From: Biomphalaria pfeifferi
Lineage: Eukaryota
Direction: 5' to 3'
Assembly (NCBI GenBank): GCA_030265305.1
Contig: JASAOG010000079.1
Coordinates: forward strand, 237,331 to 301,330
DNA length: 64,000 nt
Within the stretch, counting starts at the first letter, position 1. The number at the start of each line of letters is the position of its first letter. Under the pieces are notes generated by a model, which had not been told where the DNA came from, ran no database searches, and worked only from the letters and a program-made list of their open reading frames with translations. The position numbers were made by a program, and so were the translations under genes. Below are positions 26,700-39,140 of this stretch, one piece after another.

Positions 26700-26920
26700 T
26701 AAGGCCTTCAGCCATGGAGCAAATATGGATCATCTCAATGAAATGGAAACATTAGCTATGTTCTGACCAATATCACCCACACAGCACTCCCTCTCTGCCC
26801 AACTGATGTATCCAAAGGAACAGTAAGTGCTGATACAGTTTAAAAGCAATGGCATTGCAGTCTCTGTCAGGGTGTATCACTGTGTGCTGCTAACTGCCAG
26901 CTCCTGATTTCTTTTAAGAT
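26700..26920. repeat. Unclassified interspersed repeat (family D)
   Basis: Shares about 200 bp with 40330-40545 ('...ctgcccaactgatgtatccaaaggaacagtaagtgctgatacag...ctgccagctcctga'). ORFs 26877..27071 and 40321..40506 are spurious translations. Confidence 0.7.
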
Positions 26921-27206
26921 TGTCTTCCGAAACCTTTTCAAGGGTAATAAGCCTCTCCTGTCTGAAGCTACTGGTGCCAGTTACAGGCATTAGCCCTTCT
27001 ACTGTTAGTGTTAGTTCAGCTGGACCCAATATCTGAGCCACATTAGGTTCAGCAGTTGGACTAGTTGTCATAGGTTATTTGAGATGCATGCCATTCGAAG
27101 CATTTTATAGGTAGTGGAGTGCTTGTATCAATTACCACTTCCAGCAATACATTTTTTTTTAGTTTTTTTTATTAAATATTAACATGTAAAATATAAGTTG
27201 TCTAAC

Positions 27207-27285
27207 CTGTCTTCTCCTATAGCTGTCATACTTATGTTTTATTTTCCATAATGCAGCTGCAATCAGGAGCAAAGATAAAAAGCAG
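27207..27285 (-). CDS. ATRN: ATRN-like exon: transmembrane C-terminal half plus stop-transfer (CFLSLLLIAAALWKIKHKYDSYRRRQ)
   Basis: Within ORF 27159..27470. Acceptor gtttgtttcag|C, donor GACAG|GTTAGA. Matches human 'SCFLSLLLVAAVVWKIKQSCWASRRREQ'. Confidence 0.85.
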
Positions 27286-27504
27286 CTGAAACAAACAAAA
27301 AAATCAATATATCCCAAAATTGGCAAAGTTAAAAATAAAATAATCAGAAAAAGTAGCCTAAGTATTTTTGCTTGTTGATTGATTTGAAAAGGGAATAACC
27401 TTATGTAAATCCATAGTGTAATTTTTTTTTTTGGCAGAAACACTAACCAAGAAAATAAATGATAATACATTAATGATTTACATTTTTTGGTTATTTATTT
27501 TGTT

Positions 27505-27652
27505 TATTTATATATGTTTTGAATGTTCCTTCAGAATTGAAGTATATTACACAAAACCTCCACCACGATGGTGGGGAATATGAGGTTGGGTAGGGTTCAA
27601 ACATGGGGCTATCAGAATGACAGTCCAGAGCACATGACAAGGTAGCCATACA
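27505..27652 (-). mobile_element. SINE family B copy (inverted, truncated)
   Basis: 'gttttgaatgttccttcagaattgaag...gggttcaaacatgggg...gtccagagcacatgacaaggtagcc'. Confidence 0.75.
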
Positions 27653-30535
27653 AATATATTTGCACTAACTTGAAAATAATAATACCCCCCCGCCCTCCAA
27701 AACTAGTTTTCATATTTTTCCCACAGAGTATCATTCCATGGATAATCATCATAAATTTAAGATAAACTTTTAAACATTAGTATACACATAATGTTTTAAC
27801 AAATGATAATTTTATCAAATCTATTAGAAAGATTAATTTATTTTAAAAAAAGGTTCTTCAAAAATAGAATACTATGTATTTTACACAACTTTATCATAAA
27901 AAGCTAATCAACTAATCAAGAATAAAGTCATCACAACTAATAGGAATTCTGCTTTATGATACATATTATATATAATTTATTTTTATGTTTAATTGACTTG
28001 CTTTGATTTTAAATTTGTTATGGCTAAAATAATTTTGAATGGAACATCATCATTTACAACAGCAACAGGTCACTTATCTATAGTGACACATGGAAATACC
28101 AACACATGCAATATATAGAAACATCAACCTTACTATACAATGAAAACAAAAATTAAACACAACTATCAGCCAACCAAGGAAAGAACACAAAGGTCAAGGT
28201 TAAAAAAAATTACACTAGCAAGGTGTCAACGGACAGTTCTAGGAGCACAAGCTAATGTTCAGTTCTGAGGTCACATAATTAATGAAGCACAGTTTTCAGG
28301 AAAACATACTAATTAACAGTTTTTAAGTCAAAGGAACATGAACATGGTAATTGTTGACAAACAGTTTGCTCTAGTCACATACTAAAGGACAATGCCCAAG
28401 GAAAAGGGTTATGGTCATTCTCAAGTTCATAAGTTATTAAGCCAATAATCAGTTCCAAGGACACAAGTGACCTAGTTTCCAGGCCATTGACTAACAAAAA
28501 AGTTCACCTGTTCCCAGGTCAAATGTTAATAGATCTTGGATCACATGTTAAAAATGTTCCTAGGTCAAAAGCTATTATTTAAAATTAATTCATTTTTTTT
28601 ATTTTCTAAGGAATGTTATTAAAAATATTATTTTCTTGGTGTGTATATATATATATTTAGATAAATGATAGTTTTGAAAAATAATATGAAAGATAAACAC
28701 CTTAAAAAAATATAAATTTTTAAACTAATTTGTCGAAAAATACAAGTAAAAAATAATCAAGCAAAGATTTAAGCAAGACTTTATTTTAATCATTATAGTT
28801 TAAGACTTTATTTTAATCATTATAGTTTTCTTACTAATAGTTACACCAAAATAGTGGTTTAATTCTTCAGTTATTTATGATCAATGTGGTCCTACCCATC
28901 TTTCATTAATTATAGTTAAATTTTAAAGAATTGAACATTGTAAACTATTTATCAAATGATTGTAAAGAAAACTTAAATGTAGGATTCTGTCAGCACTTAC
29001 CTAAAGAAAATAATAAAAAACCTAAGCAGATTGATTTTTTCAGGCTGAACAAAAGAAATCTGTAAAATAAGGCAAACAATTGAACAAATGGACACATGCA
29101 ATGGTGTGTTAGTAGAAAGCATGGATTGAGGGCATTTATCTAGGACTGATTCCATTCTCAATTAGCAAGTTTGAAAGAAATAAAAATACCAGTATTGTTG
29201 AAGTTTTATCACATTTAAAAAAATTAATTAATTTTCTTTGGGCATATAAGTGCATAAAGGAAATAATATCAAGAAAAAGGTAATTTAAAAAAATGAATTT
29301 CAAATTTTCATGATAATGGATGCGGAAGGGCGTTTTTATGACTTCTTTTGAGAAGGATTGCTAAGACTTGTGTTGGTTTCTCATTATGTCTGTTATTTAA
29401 AAAATAGCAATTGCTTGTGTACAGAGTAAAATAAATGAAATGAATCCAAGATAAAGCTTAGTTTATTGCATGGATGGGTTTTTGTAGCCAACTCAAAAGT
29501 TTACAGACACAGATACATTTTCCATTTTCTTTACTGGTAAGCAATGTGTGTATGTGTGTAGGGGGAGTGTAAAAGCCCACACCCAACTCAAACACACACA
29601 CACACTTCAACTTTAAAATGCAACCAATCACCTACATGCAGTAAACTAAGCCATGCCACAATCATGGAAACAATAATGTCACAATCATGGAAATAATAAT
29701 GCCAAAATGATGGAAACAAAAACATGAAAAGAAAATAGCAAACACAACAATAACTGGGAAGTCAGAGCAATGGGAAATCAGCCTTTGACAAACACATTGA
29801 AAAAAAAACAACTGTTTGCCAAGGTTGTCATCCCAGTTTACCTACCTAAAAAATGTTACAAAAAAGTGAACTAGATCTATTTTTGGAAACTGTGAAAAAG
29901 ATATCTGAAAAAATATATCCAATAGAGAGTATTATGTTCAGTGATGTACCTTTAGTTTAACTGTTTCAGACATAGATCAAGGATGAATAGCTGACAAAGA
30001 CCAAAGGAAATATGAAATAAAGGCAAATCATAAAATCGGAAAAACAGAGCCAAAATCAAAGGCATCCTTTTTTTTAAAGCCTTAAAGTTGTTTGTACACT
30101 CTTTGGTTAAGGAATTGCAGTCAATATACAGTTGTTAAAAAAATTAATTTAAGGATTATTTTACAAATATTCTCAATAAACAGAAAATTCCCAACAGATC
30201 TATTCTGAAATATGCCCTGAAACAGGGTGGGGCTTTAAGATCCCAACAGATATTTTAAAATATGCCCTGAAACAGTATAGGGATTTAAGCAGATCTATTC
30301 TAGATTAGCCCTAGTAGGGATTTAAGCAGATCTATCAAAAAGTGTCAGACTTTCATATCACAACAGGTCTATTAAAAGAAAACTTTTGTTTTACAGAGTG
30401 AATAATCCATTTAGGTGCATTCTTGGCCATAATTTTATTTGTTTTCTAAAGAAGTCTTAATTTGAAAAAAAAATAATTTTAAAGGCAGTTTCAAGATTCT
30501 AAGATGGTCAGTATGAAATAAGTCTACAATTTTAC

Positions 30536-30687
30536 CTGCAACATAAAAGGTGTTTTAAAGTTGAAGACATAGACCAAAAAAGTTGTGTTCTCCTTGCCTC
30601 CAAACACATGATTCTTATGTTCAAACTTAGTGCGGAAATATTCACAGGGTTTCATAGAAGTGTATTCTTTTTCCTCTGGAAATGTTT
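30536..30687 (-). CDS. ATRN: ATRN-like exon (KTFPEEKEYTSMKPCEYFRTKFEHKNHVFGGKENTTFLVYVFNFKTPFMLQ)
   Basis: Within ORF 30524..30724. Acceptor tgtgtttcag|AA, donor TTGCAG|GTAAAA. Matches human 'IKEYKDSFSNEKFDFRNHPNITFFVYVSNFTWPIKIQ'. Confidence 0.8.
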
Positions 30688-30798
30688 CTGAAACACATTT
30701 GTAAACATTAATAATAACAGCCAAGTTATTTTATTGTCATGTATGCATAGAATATTTCAAGTAACAAAGCTACATAAATGTGTAAAAAATATACTTAC

Positions 30799-30868
30799 TA
30801 GATTTATATGTTATGTTTATTAAGGCCCCAGTTGAACAATTTAAAGTAAAGTCAACATCTCTGTCACT
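30799..30868 (-). CDS. ATRN: ATRN-like exon (SDRDVDFTLNCSTGALINITYKS)
   Basis: Acceptor ttgactcag|A, donor TCTA|GTAAGT. Matches human 'NRDLDMFINASKNFNLNITWAAS'. Coordinates ±3. Confidence 0.65.
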
Positions 30869-32199
30869 CTGAGTCAAGTAAAATAGAAATAAAGTCAATA
30901 TTAAATTTATGCTCTAACAATTTCTACTCTAGCATATTTCAAAATGTGCATTTATATGTGTTTAATGGATTAATTTGAAACGATTTAACTTAGATCAACT
31001 TCATATTGATATTGTTGTCAAGAGCGGGGGTGTGTAAGATGTGAGATTGTGTGTGTGTTTTGTTTATTTTGTTGGTTAGTGTGTGAATTGTTTTTATCAC
31101 GGGATTTTCAAGGGGGGAACAATTAGGTTTCTAGCGGTCAGTCTAACAGTTGGAGAGCTGACCTGGTCTGAGTAGGGTGCTTGTTTTTTGTTTACCAGTT
31201 TTATGCCTAGCGTAAGGAGATAATATAACTTATATTTCTATTCATTGTTATGTATGAGAACTGATTATTTGTAAGTAATATTATGTATGGCATTGATAGC
31301 CTTTTGTTCAATGAATCTAGTCTAAGCGCCCTGTAGTATGTCAGTTGGGCACATTTTAGTATTTCAGTATTGATGATTTACGCATTCAATATTATATGTG
31401 TACTTGCTGTTGGCTGTAAATAAATACTAATTTTATACTCCTTCGTTGAGTGATACTTTGTAATAGTTACACATGTTAAGGTCTGCATGTGGGAGTCATA
31501 CCCTAGATTATCGAGCCATATGTATGTAGTAAAGGACTCAACCCCAGAGTTTCCCCTTACAATTGTGTCACTTCAGTGTATTTTAATTATTAAAGAGAAT
31601 AGAACAGAATACACATACTTATACTCTAAAAAAAAATGCCACCATCCACTTCATAATCTAGCACACAACTTCAACTCTTATATACATTGTGTATTCTATA
31701 GTGCCCCAACAGTTTGACTGACTATGAGATGTAGAAGAGGGGAGCTTAAATTTCAAAAAAGGTAAATCCTACATGACATTTTTTAAAAAGCAGAAGATTT
31801 ATATCAAGTTAATAGAGGTATAAAAAAAAAAATTTAAGTATTTCTTAAAGTTATTAAAAATAAACAACATTAAGAGAGTCAACAAATCAATCGTTCACTT
31901 GAATCTAATTCATATTTTGTAAGCACTCAAAAGCAAAAAGAAAAAATTTAGGCAGTCAGATTATATTTGTTCAAATTTACACCAGAACACAACACACATT
32001 AAACATCTTATCAAGAAAGCCAAAGGCCCTTGATATTAAATACTGCCATCTTTATAATCCTAATCTGGGAAATCAATTATTAATCAGGCAAAACAACTGA
32101 TTAATATTTTTCATACAAAAGAGAAGATAATTATGTGTAAGGCATATCCTGTATTATTCTAGCTGTGCATGTTAATTTAGAAACTTAAACACACTAAGT

Positions 32200-32650
32200 T
32201 ATTGGTTTTCCTGGCCAGGCTTCCCATTCCATGCTCTAATGTCACTAGGTAAGAATTTAAGGCTTATAAACACTTTCACAGATTTTGTTCTTAATGTAAT
32301 TTCATTTCTTTTAGCCAATGTAGTAAAACCATCAAATGCTCTGCTGGTGTTAATGCCTTAGAAATGATGACAGGATCCAAGCACTTTTCAAAACTGGAAA
32401 TCAAATTGTAATGAAGCCCATGCAAAAACTCCTGAGCTACTGTTTTGTGGCATTTTACTTCTCAAGAAATTTCTCCCTTTGCAACATCTCATGTGACTAA
32501 AGAAGCCAATCCTTGATACACAGCTGCAGTCACAGTTTGGACATCTGTAATCACAAGACACTGTAGTATTTTCCCCCTTTTTTCTACTTCTGGTATGTAT
32601 GCCATGTGCAATCCAGATGTTTCCTTTATGCATGCTCTCCATCTGGATCT
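32200..32650 (-). mobile_element. LINE 3' fragment with C-terminal zinc finger (CPNCDCSCVSRIGFFSHMRCC) and a family tail
   Basis: ORF 32388..32642. The tail 'ccattccatgctctaatgtcactagg' at about 32215-32260 is the reverse complement of the LINE-family tail. Confidence 0.75.
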
Positions 32651-32739
32651 ATCCAGTGCCTCATTTTCCCAACTGTTGGTTTACATTTTGGCTGAGCTAC
32701 TTTTATAAACAATAATACTTTAAGCATCAACCACTTTAA

Positions 32740-33015
32740 TATTGGGAGGAGTGGTCACTGAGTGGTAAACCGCTTGGCTTCCAAACCGGGGGTCCCGGGT
32801 TTGAGTCCTGGTGAAAACTAGAATTTTTAGTTTTAGGATCTTAGGGCACCTCAGAGTCCACCCAGCTCTAATCGGTACCTGACATTTGTTGGGGAAAAGT
32901 AAAGGCGGATGGTCGTTGTGCTGGCCACATGACGCCCTCGTTAACTGTAGGCATATAAACAGATTTCCTTAGATCAATGCCCTATAGACCATAAGGTCTG
33001 AAAGGGAAACTTTCC
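32740..33015 (+). mobile_element. SINE family C copy
   Basis: 'ggaggagtggtcactgagtggtaaaccgcttggcttccaaaccgggggtcccgggtttgagtcc...ccataaggtctgaaagggaaac'. Confidence 0.9.
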
Positions 33016-33189
33016 TTTTTTTTTTAACACTTAAATATTAAATGAGATAACTAAAGAGTTAGAAACACTGAGCATTAGTATATTATAGAAAAAGCTAGAA
33101 TTTTAGAGTTAATTAATAATATCGTTTTTAGTGCTGGCACTTTAAAAAAAAAAATGTATTTAAGAAATTCATTGAAGCAAAGCACTTAC

Positions 33190-33284
33190 AGACAAAGGTA
33201 TATTTAAAAAGTTGATTTGAGTGAAATTGATGTCTTCTTTCTTGGACAAGTTGAATGTATACTGAAAATCTGTATTCAATGGAT
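33190..33284 (-). CDS. ATRN: ATRN-like exon (YPLNTDFQYTFNLSKKEDINFTQINFLNIPLS)
   Basis: Acceptor ttttttcag|AT, donor TCT|GTAAGT. Matches human 'YTLLIDYQFTFSLSQEDDRYYTAINFVATP'. Confidence 0.75.
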
Positions 33285-33454
33285 CTGAAAAAATCAGAAC
33301 ACTGAAATGTAATTAGGATAATATATTTTTTTTTTTTTTAAATCTGAAATAAACTGATATATGTTGGGATTGATGTTTTTTTTTTAAAATCTATCATGAT
33401 TTTTTTTTTTTCAAACGTTAAGTTGTTTAAGTTTAAAAAATCACCATGGAATGG

Positions 33455-33600
33455 GTTGCCTGAGCTAGCCAGGAAAACCAGTGACTTGGCAGAATTTAAG
33501 TCATTGGTTAATATGCATGACTAAATGCATGACGCGTGGGACGTAATCATCTTCTTTTTTGAAATAACGTTTGTATTATATAAGATAAGATAAGATAGAG
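33455..33600 (+). mobile_element. LINE 3' tail copy
   Basis: Carries 'ccatggaatgggttgcctgagctagccaggaaaaccagtgacttggcagaatttaagtcattggttaatatgcatgactaaatgcatgacgcgtgggacgtaatcatc...(gataa)n'. Confidence 0.85.
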
Positions 33601-34957
33601 ATCTTTGGAAAATACAGTACAGGAAGGAATAGCTATTTTAATTTCTAGATGTAACTATGGTAAAATAAACATGTTATTTTTATGAAAATTTTAACATCTT
33701 ATTCTTTGTCGCAGTTATCTATGTAACTGTATAGTAGAATTATTTCTCTATTTGATAGTGCGGCGTTGTTCACTATATTGATGACGTCATTACACTATTT
33801 CTTGTGTAGACTAGGAGAAGGAACTTTTGTTGCTTGTCACAACTTCTAGTGACGTAAAGTTAGTGTGTGTGTGTGATTTGCGTCATTTATCGTCAAGTTC
33901 AGTCTCTCCATCTTGTGCTGTATAGGGGCAAGCCATGTTTTGAGAGCTCTTGAATTTCTCCTTGGTTATTGTTACTGGATAGCCTTACGTTTGCCATGGA
34001 CATGTTCTTGTTGGATTATCTTGACCCCTGTTTAGGGTGAGTTTTATTTTTTATGGTATAGTTTTTCTATTTGAATTCGTTCGTATTTGTAAGTCTATAT
34101 TTAGACTAGATCTAGATGATTAGAAGAATCCTTTTCTTTTATCTTCTATAGGGTTTTAGCGACAAGTCTAGGTTTTGGTCGTAGTCTCAGTCAAGACTCT
34201 ATTTCCAGTTTTGGCGTCAAGTCTAAGTAGTGATCTTAGCTTGGTGTCAAGTCTATGTGTAAGACTTGTTTATCCAGTCTCAATTTTCTATATTGAGAAT
34301 ACAACTTTAGGTCTACAGTCTACAGGACTGAGGCCTTCATCTCACTAATGTCAATTAATCGTCTGGTGTTCAAGTTGACTTTTTCATGAGTCTGAGGTTC
34401 AAGATGCCAGATTGCGGGTTGCCTTGGTCAGACCTGATGTTGCAGTGTGAACTGTGAATTTTTTGGAATTATCGTCAGTGAACAGTATTGGATTTACAGA
34501 CTAGATCTATGTGGATTACCAGTTGTTGCGTTGAAAGAATGTTTGAACAACTTATGATGAATATGTTGAGGTAATGATATTGTTCAAATAATTGATCATT
34601 GATATATCACAAAGAAAATAACTATATCATATTGGATTAGAGATATTATACATATATTTATGGATATTGATACTATTATTATCATTCATCATACATCAGT
34701 TCATTTGTAAATATATCACTATAATAAATGTTTATTGTTATTTAACATTATACACTTAGTTTATTAATTTAATACAACTGTATGTGTATGGTGTGCTTGT
34801 CAGGCTGAACTTGGGCCAAAATATTATAAGTTCAGAAAAAGAATAACAATAACACACATTGAATTAAAACTATGATAGATACAATAAAACACAAGAACCT
34901 GACATTCTTCAAAACTTTTTTTTTGGACACTTTACATTATATGGACAAAATACTTAC

Positions 34958-35013
34958 AATAACAAGTGCCTCCATCTTTTGGGTTGCCAGAATACTTATT
35001 GCTGTCATCACAC
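34958..35013 (-). CDS. ATRN: ATRN-like exon (KCDDSNKYSGNPKDGGTCY)
   Basis: Acceptor ctcttttag|G, donor TATT|GTAAGT. Matches human 'CEVENRYQGNPLRGTCY'. Confidence 0.75.
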
Positions 35014-35264
35014 CTAAAAGAGCAATACATCATTTTAGAAATTCTTATTCTTTCTTTCCAATGGCAACCAAAATGAACAGAGTGTTTATATATACCATAC
35101 TTTTAAATCTCATGTCAAATATTATTTAAATACATATGCAGTTTAATTGTCAACTAATATTTTCAACTTTAAATCTAGATATATATGCAATCTTAGTGAC
35201 AAATACATTTGTCCTTAATGGTCTTACAGATAGAAACCTTCAGTGTTAACATTTTTGTACTTAC

Positions 35265-35358
35265 TTTTCACAATTTTTCCCAGTAACACCACGAGTCCTA
35301 CAGAAACATTCTCCACTACTTGGGTTACATGTATCAGCTTGACCATTACAGGAGCATG
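35265..35358 (-). CDS. ATRN: ATRN-like exon: laminin-type EGF 2 (ACSCNGQADTCNPSSGECFCRTRGVTGKNCEK)
   Basis: Acceptor ttgttttcag|CA, donor GAAAA|GTAAGT. Matches human 'PCKCNGHASLCNTNTGKCFCTTKGVKGDECQL'. Confidence 0.8.
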
Positions 35359-35404
35359 CTGAAAACAAAGTGCTATTTAAGTCACATTTAATCTTTAAAC
35401 AGAA

Positions 35405-35880
35405 CTGTGGCCTCGGAACGAGACAGCTGGAGGTCACTCACAAAGGCGGTGGGATAAACATTTGAGACCAAAAGAGAATCCGCTGCTGAGGACAGACGCA
35501 CACGGTGAAAAGAAAATCTTAATCAACCACTAGTGGACAATGGTTATGTTTGCCCTGTATGTGGCAAAATATGTAGGTCACAGCTGGGGCTGCATAGCCA
35601 CAGGAAATACTGCATTCCTCATTAATCTTTGGACTCTTTGTAACATTTCCCACTATGCAGGCTCTCTGCAAACTGCACCACACGACATGTACTGTCACTG
35701 GTTGCAGTTGACCGCTCGTCTAGCACTGGCCTGTGGCAATTTGCAAAGTCTAAAAACACATACAGCAACACCCCCATCAGTGTGACCCCCAGGTTTATAA
35801 CAATATGTTTATGTGTGAGTAAGAAAGCAGAAGGGCAGACTTTCAACTATATCATTTTAGTAAATTTGTCTTTTATTTTC
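35405..35880 (+). mobile_element. CR1-like LINE 3' terminal fragment with C-terminal C2H2 zinc finger, inserted in an attractin intron
   Basis: Translates to '...RRTRRKENLNQPLVDNGYVCPVCGKICRSQLGLHSHRKYC', the canonical CR1 ORF2 C-terminus. Confidence 0.85.
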
Positions 35881-36366
35881 ACTTGATGGCATTAAGAAGT
35901 TAATTTGACCATTATCAAAATATATATTCTTTGTCTAGGACACAGCATATAAGAAAAAAAGAACTTCATAGACAACAGTGTTTCTGTTTCGCAATAAGGG
36001 AATTATTGCCAAGTATGGATACTACACCTATTACATTAGTTATATATTATTTAAGGTGTTTACTAACCCTCTCAACACTGTTTGGATAACTGGAAGCCCC
36101 CTCCATGACAACATGTGGCATTGATGTCGCTGTTTGGTATCTGAATTTTGTTTGGTATCAAATGGTGCTAATTTTTGATGAAATTAAATTTTTCTGTGTT
36201 ATCTAACATGTTCATTATCGAAGGCATTCACTAGCTGAGTGTCCTCTTAGTATGATATTGTGCTACTTTATAGCTATTACAGTGTTGATGAGCAGTCCTA
36301 CATTATGTTTTAGTGTGTTTATTACATGATAGGACTGAGATGTTTAGAATATGAGGTCATACTTAC

Positions 36367-36432
36367 CAGAACACTGGCCTCCATTTTTAGCATCTCCATA
36401 GAAACCATTGCTACATTCTTCACACTCATCAC
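36367..36432 (-). CDS. ATRN: ATRN-like exon: laminin-type EGF continuation (GDECEECSNGFYGDAKNGGQCS)
   Basis: Acceptor attgatcag|GT, donor TCTG|GTAAGT. Matches human 'KHCETCISGFYGDPTNGGKCQ'. Confidence 0.8.
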
Positions 36433-36606
36433 CTGATCAATGAATAAATGACTTAAAAACATGATCAAAAAGTCTACTTGCTTAGTCAAAGATCATTACC
36501 AAATTACATGACTGTATCAATTATAAGTCTATAACTTGTATAATTCATATTTCATAACCAAATCACTTAACTCATCAGTTTTAAGTTCATAAGAAATCTC
36601 TATTAC

Positions 36607-36681
36607 CTGTAGTGTTTCCTTTACATTCTGTGCAGATATTAGTACCGTTAAAACACTTGGAGTGACCATTGCACTGACACA
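36607..36681 (-). CDS. ATRN: ATRN-like exon: laminin-type EGF 1 (LCQCNGHSKCFNGTNICTECKGNTTG)
   Basis: Acceptor tttaaacag|TG, donor ACAG|GTAATA. Matches human 'ACQCNGHSKCINQSICEKCENLTTG'. Confidence 0.85.
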
Positions 36682-37004
36682 CTGTTTAAAAACAAAAATA
36701 TTTCTTAGATATATGTCTCCAAATCAACAATTAATTAAGTTCCTAAGAACCTTGAGAAATATTAATAATTTTATATGAAAGGAAAAAGTAAAGAAATTTT
36801 AAACTCTTTATCAACCAAAGCAATTTAATAAGTATTCTTTGAAATAAAGAAAAATATGCAAAACGCAAGTAAAAATAAAGCAATTCAAAATATTATACTT
36901 TGATTATATTTTGTTCAAAAAAAATATTTTCGAAAATAAATAAGTGTTTTACATTTTTAAACTATGAACTGAATATAAATAATCTTAAAGGTTTTGAGAC
37001 ATAC

Positions 37005-37181
37005 ATGGACACTTCAGGAATGACCATCTCTCTGCTGCTGGACAGGAAGCTGGAATGACAGGACCAGTGGCACCTCCATCCATGCACTTGCCAGTGCCAG
37101 TCTCAGTTTCATCATTGCACCAACCACACTGAGGCTTGCTCTGACACTCTGAGCATGTCTTCTGCTGACTACAGACCATTG
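37005..37181 (-). CDS. ATRN: ATRN-like exon: PSI-like segment (AMVCSQQKTCSECQSKPQCGWCNDETETGTGKCMDGGATGPVIPASCPAAERWSFLKCP)
   Basis: ORF track 36985..37179. Acceptor tgtttag|CA, donor CCAT|GTATGT. Matches human 'CTCSHCLEQPGCGWCTDPSNTGKGKCIEG...RYNWSFIHCP'. Confidence 0.85.
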
Positions 37182-37855
37182 CTAAACATACAATACAGAT
37201 AATTTAACAACTACAATGATAATGTTACTTAAAAACTAGTACCAATCTTTAAAATCTCTTATTATACCAGTAACCAGCATATTCATAGATACTTAGGATG
37301 AAAAAGCCTAAACAGATAAATAAAATTTGAAAGACATTAAAGAAAAAAACTTAAAAAATGAATACAAAAAGAAAAACCTTATATTTTACACTCTGTATTT
37401 GATAACTAGCCACATTTACCAGAAAGGATCAAGCTACAGCTTCACATTTAATGAGTTTCACTTGGTCCTATACATTCCCAGAGGTAAGAAGGTACTAAAT
37501 ATGGCCAAATATTACTAAAAAGAGGTTATGTGGCCAGTAAAAGTGATTTGTAGAGCAACTTTTATCACTAAAAGATAAGGATATACATGGTTTTATGTTT
37601 GCCACACACAGTACATATTTATAGTACCTAGTCATAAGTAATATAATTCTAGAAGCTTAACTGACAATCAATAGTAGTCAGTAATAATAGTAGAATCTTG
37701 TATCTAGTTTTTGTGAATTTCCCTAGTGTTTTAACAGTGATACAAAAAGTTTGTATACAAAGCTTCAACATTTTAATTTGATGTCCAGTCAGGTGCACCA
37801 GAGTTTAAATGGTCAGTGTTACTACATCAGTTAGTGTATGTTAATGAAAACTCAC

Positions 37856-38029
37856 CTTGACATTCCATATTTTTAGTTGTCCAGTCCATACACTGGGCAT
37901 AATGAAACGCCACAACATAGGCATTGGTTTCCACACACTTAGCTGTGTTGCTACACCACATACATGAGCTACTTGTACAGTTCTGACAATTGCTGTGTTC
38001 ACTACAAGGTTTTTGAGGGCAGCCTGTTG
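37856..38029 (-). CDS. ATRN: ATRN-like exon: PSI domain 4 (TTGCPQKPCSEHSNCQNCTSSSCMWCSNTAKCVETNAYVVAFHYAQCMDWTTKNMECQ)
   Basis: ORF track 37827..38048. Acceptor ttaactccag|CA, donor CAAG|GTGAGT. Matches human 'CRTPCALRTACGDCTSGSSECMWCSNMKQCVDSNAYVASFPFGQCMEW'. Confidence 0.85.
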
Positions 38030-38666
38030 CTGGAGTTAACACACACACAAAAAATGGTGAATGTACTTGATAGTGTAGCAGGATTTTGACAGTCTACAGT
38101 TTTTGAAGGATAGTGTTTAAAACTGTGGCTGCAAAGGTGTTATCAATTGTATGAAAATGTGTGCAGCAAGGCCTGTGAAGTTGTTTGCAGAGTCATTTCA
38201 GCATTTGTGTTTGTAAGTTTATGTGAAGTTGTGTCATAAGTTATGAGACATTGTATTTATACCGAATATATGTAAATGTACTTTGAATTAGAAAGGTATG
38301 TGGAGTCATGTTATGACATGTAAAGTAATTTTTGTAGTTAAGTTTTTCAATACAATGGTAATGTATGTCATCAAGAAGTCAGATGTATGGTGACAATTGG
38401 CTGAAACATTAAAGAGAGATGTTTCAGGAGGAAACAATGGAAGAACATGAGCTGGAAGGACAAGAGAGTGGCTCAAATAAGTTAAGTTTAACGGATAGAA
38501 ATTTAAGAAATGAGCTTTACAAAGCACTTAGTATTTCTGAAAAAAAGTAATCATAAAAATAGAAGCACAATAAGTAAAATAGATTTTTTTTCTATTTTAA
38601 GCAAAGAATGATTTATCTTATTTCATTCAGTTTTTTAAGGGTAAAAATGATAATAAATGTACATAC

Positions 38667-38781
38667 TGCCATTTCCTGGAACACAAACATTATTTTGCCA
38701 GCTACAAGCAGTGTTGATAGCACAACTATTACATGAAGAGTAAATGCTACATGTGTCTTTTTCTGTACAGTTGCTAGGACC
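38667..38781 (-). CDS. ATRN: ATRN-like exon: PSI domain 3 (GPSNCTEKDTCSIYSSCNSCAINTACSWQNNVCVPGNG)
   Basis: Acceptor ttgatccag|G, donor GGCA|GTATGT. Matches human '[36 protein letters not shown]'. Confidence 0.75.
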
Positions 38782-39014
38782 CTGGATCAAAAACAACAAA
38801 ACTCAAAACATATTGACTAGATGGATCTCAATAATATTAATTAAAACGTATATACTGAGCATAGGTTAAAAGAAAAGATGCTATAATAATCGTTCAGTGC
38901 TCATTATAGTTCAAACTGAGAAACTCAAAAACTTTTTATTGAATGTATTTTAAATAAGTGAAAAATTATAATAGCTCTAGCCATAGCTGTAAATTTAGTT
39001 TTTGAATTCCACTG

Positions 39015-39140
39015 GGATGTGTGGCTAAAGGCAGCATGGAAACCTTCTCCCAGATATCTCTTCTAGGATGGGTCCACACAAGAGATTGGACCACAGTGCA
39101 CTGAGCATGGTATAGCATGAAAGATGGGCTATTTGAAAAA
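39015..39140 (+). mobile_element. SINE family A fragment
   Basis: 'ggcagcatggaaaccttctcccagat...gggtccacacaagagattggaccacagtgcactgagcatg'. Confidence 0.7.

Noticed and set aside
27159-27470. Whole 103-aa ORF as a TM protein
   Set aside because: Only 27207-27285 is exonic (the attractin TM). The upstream part is intronic read-through past the AG acceptor.
38306-38527. Minus-strand ORF in the position where a C-type lectin exon would be expected
   Set aside because: No lectin-like motifs (WIGL, disulfide pattern). Low-complexity hydrophobic junk.
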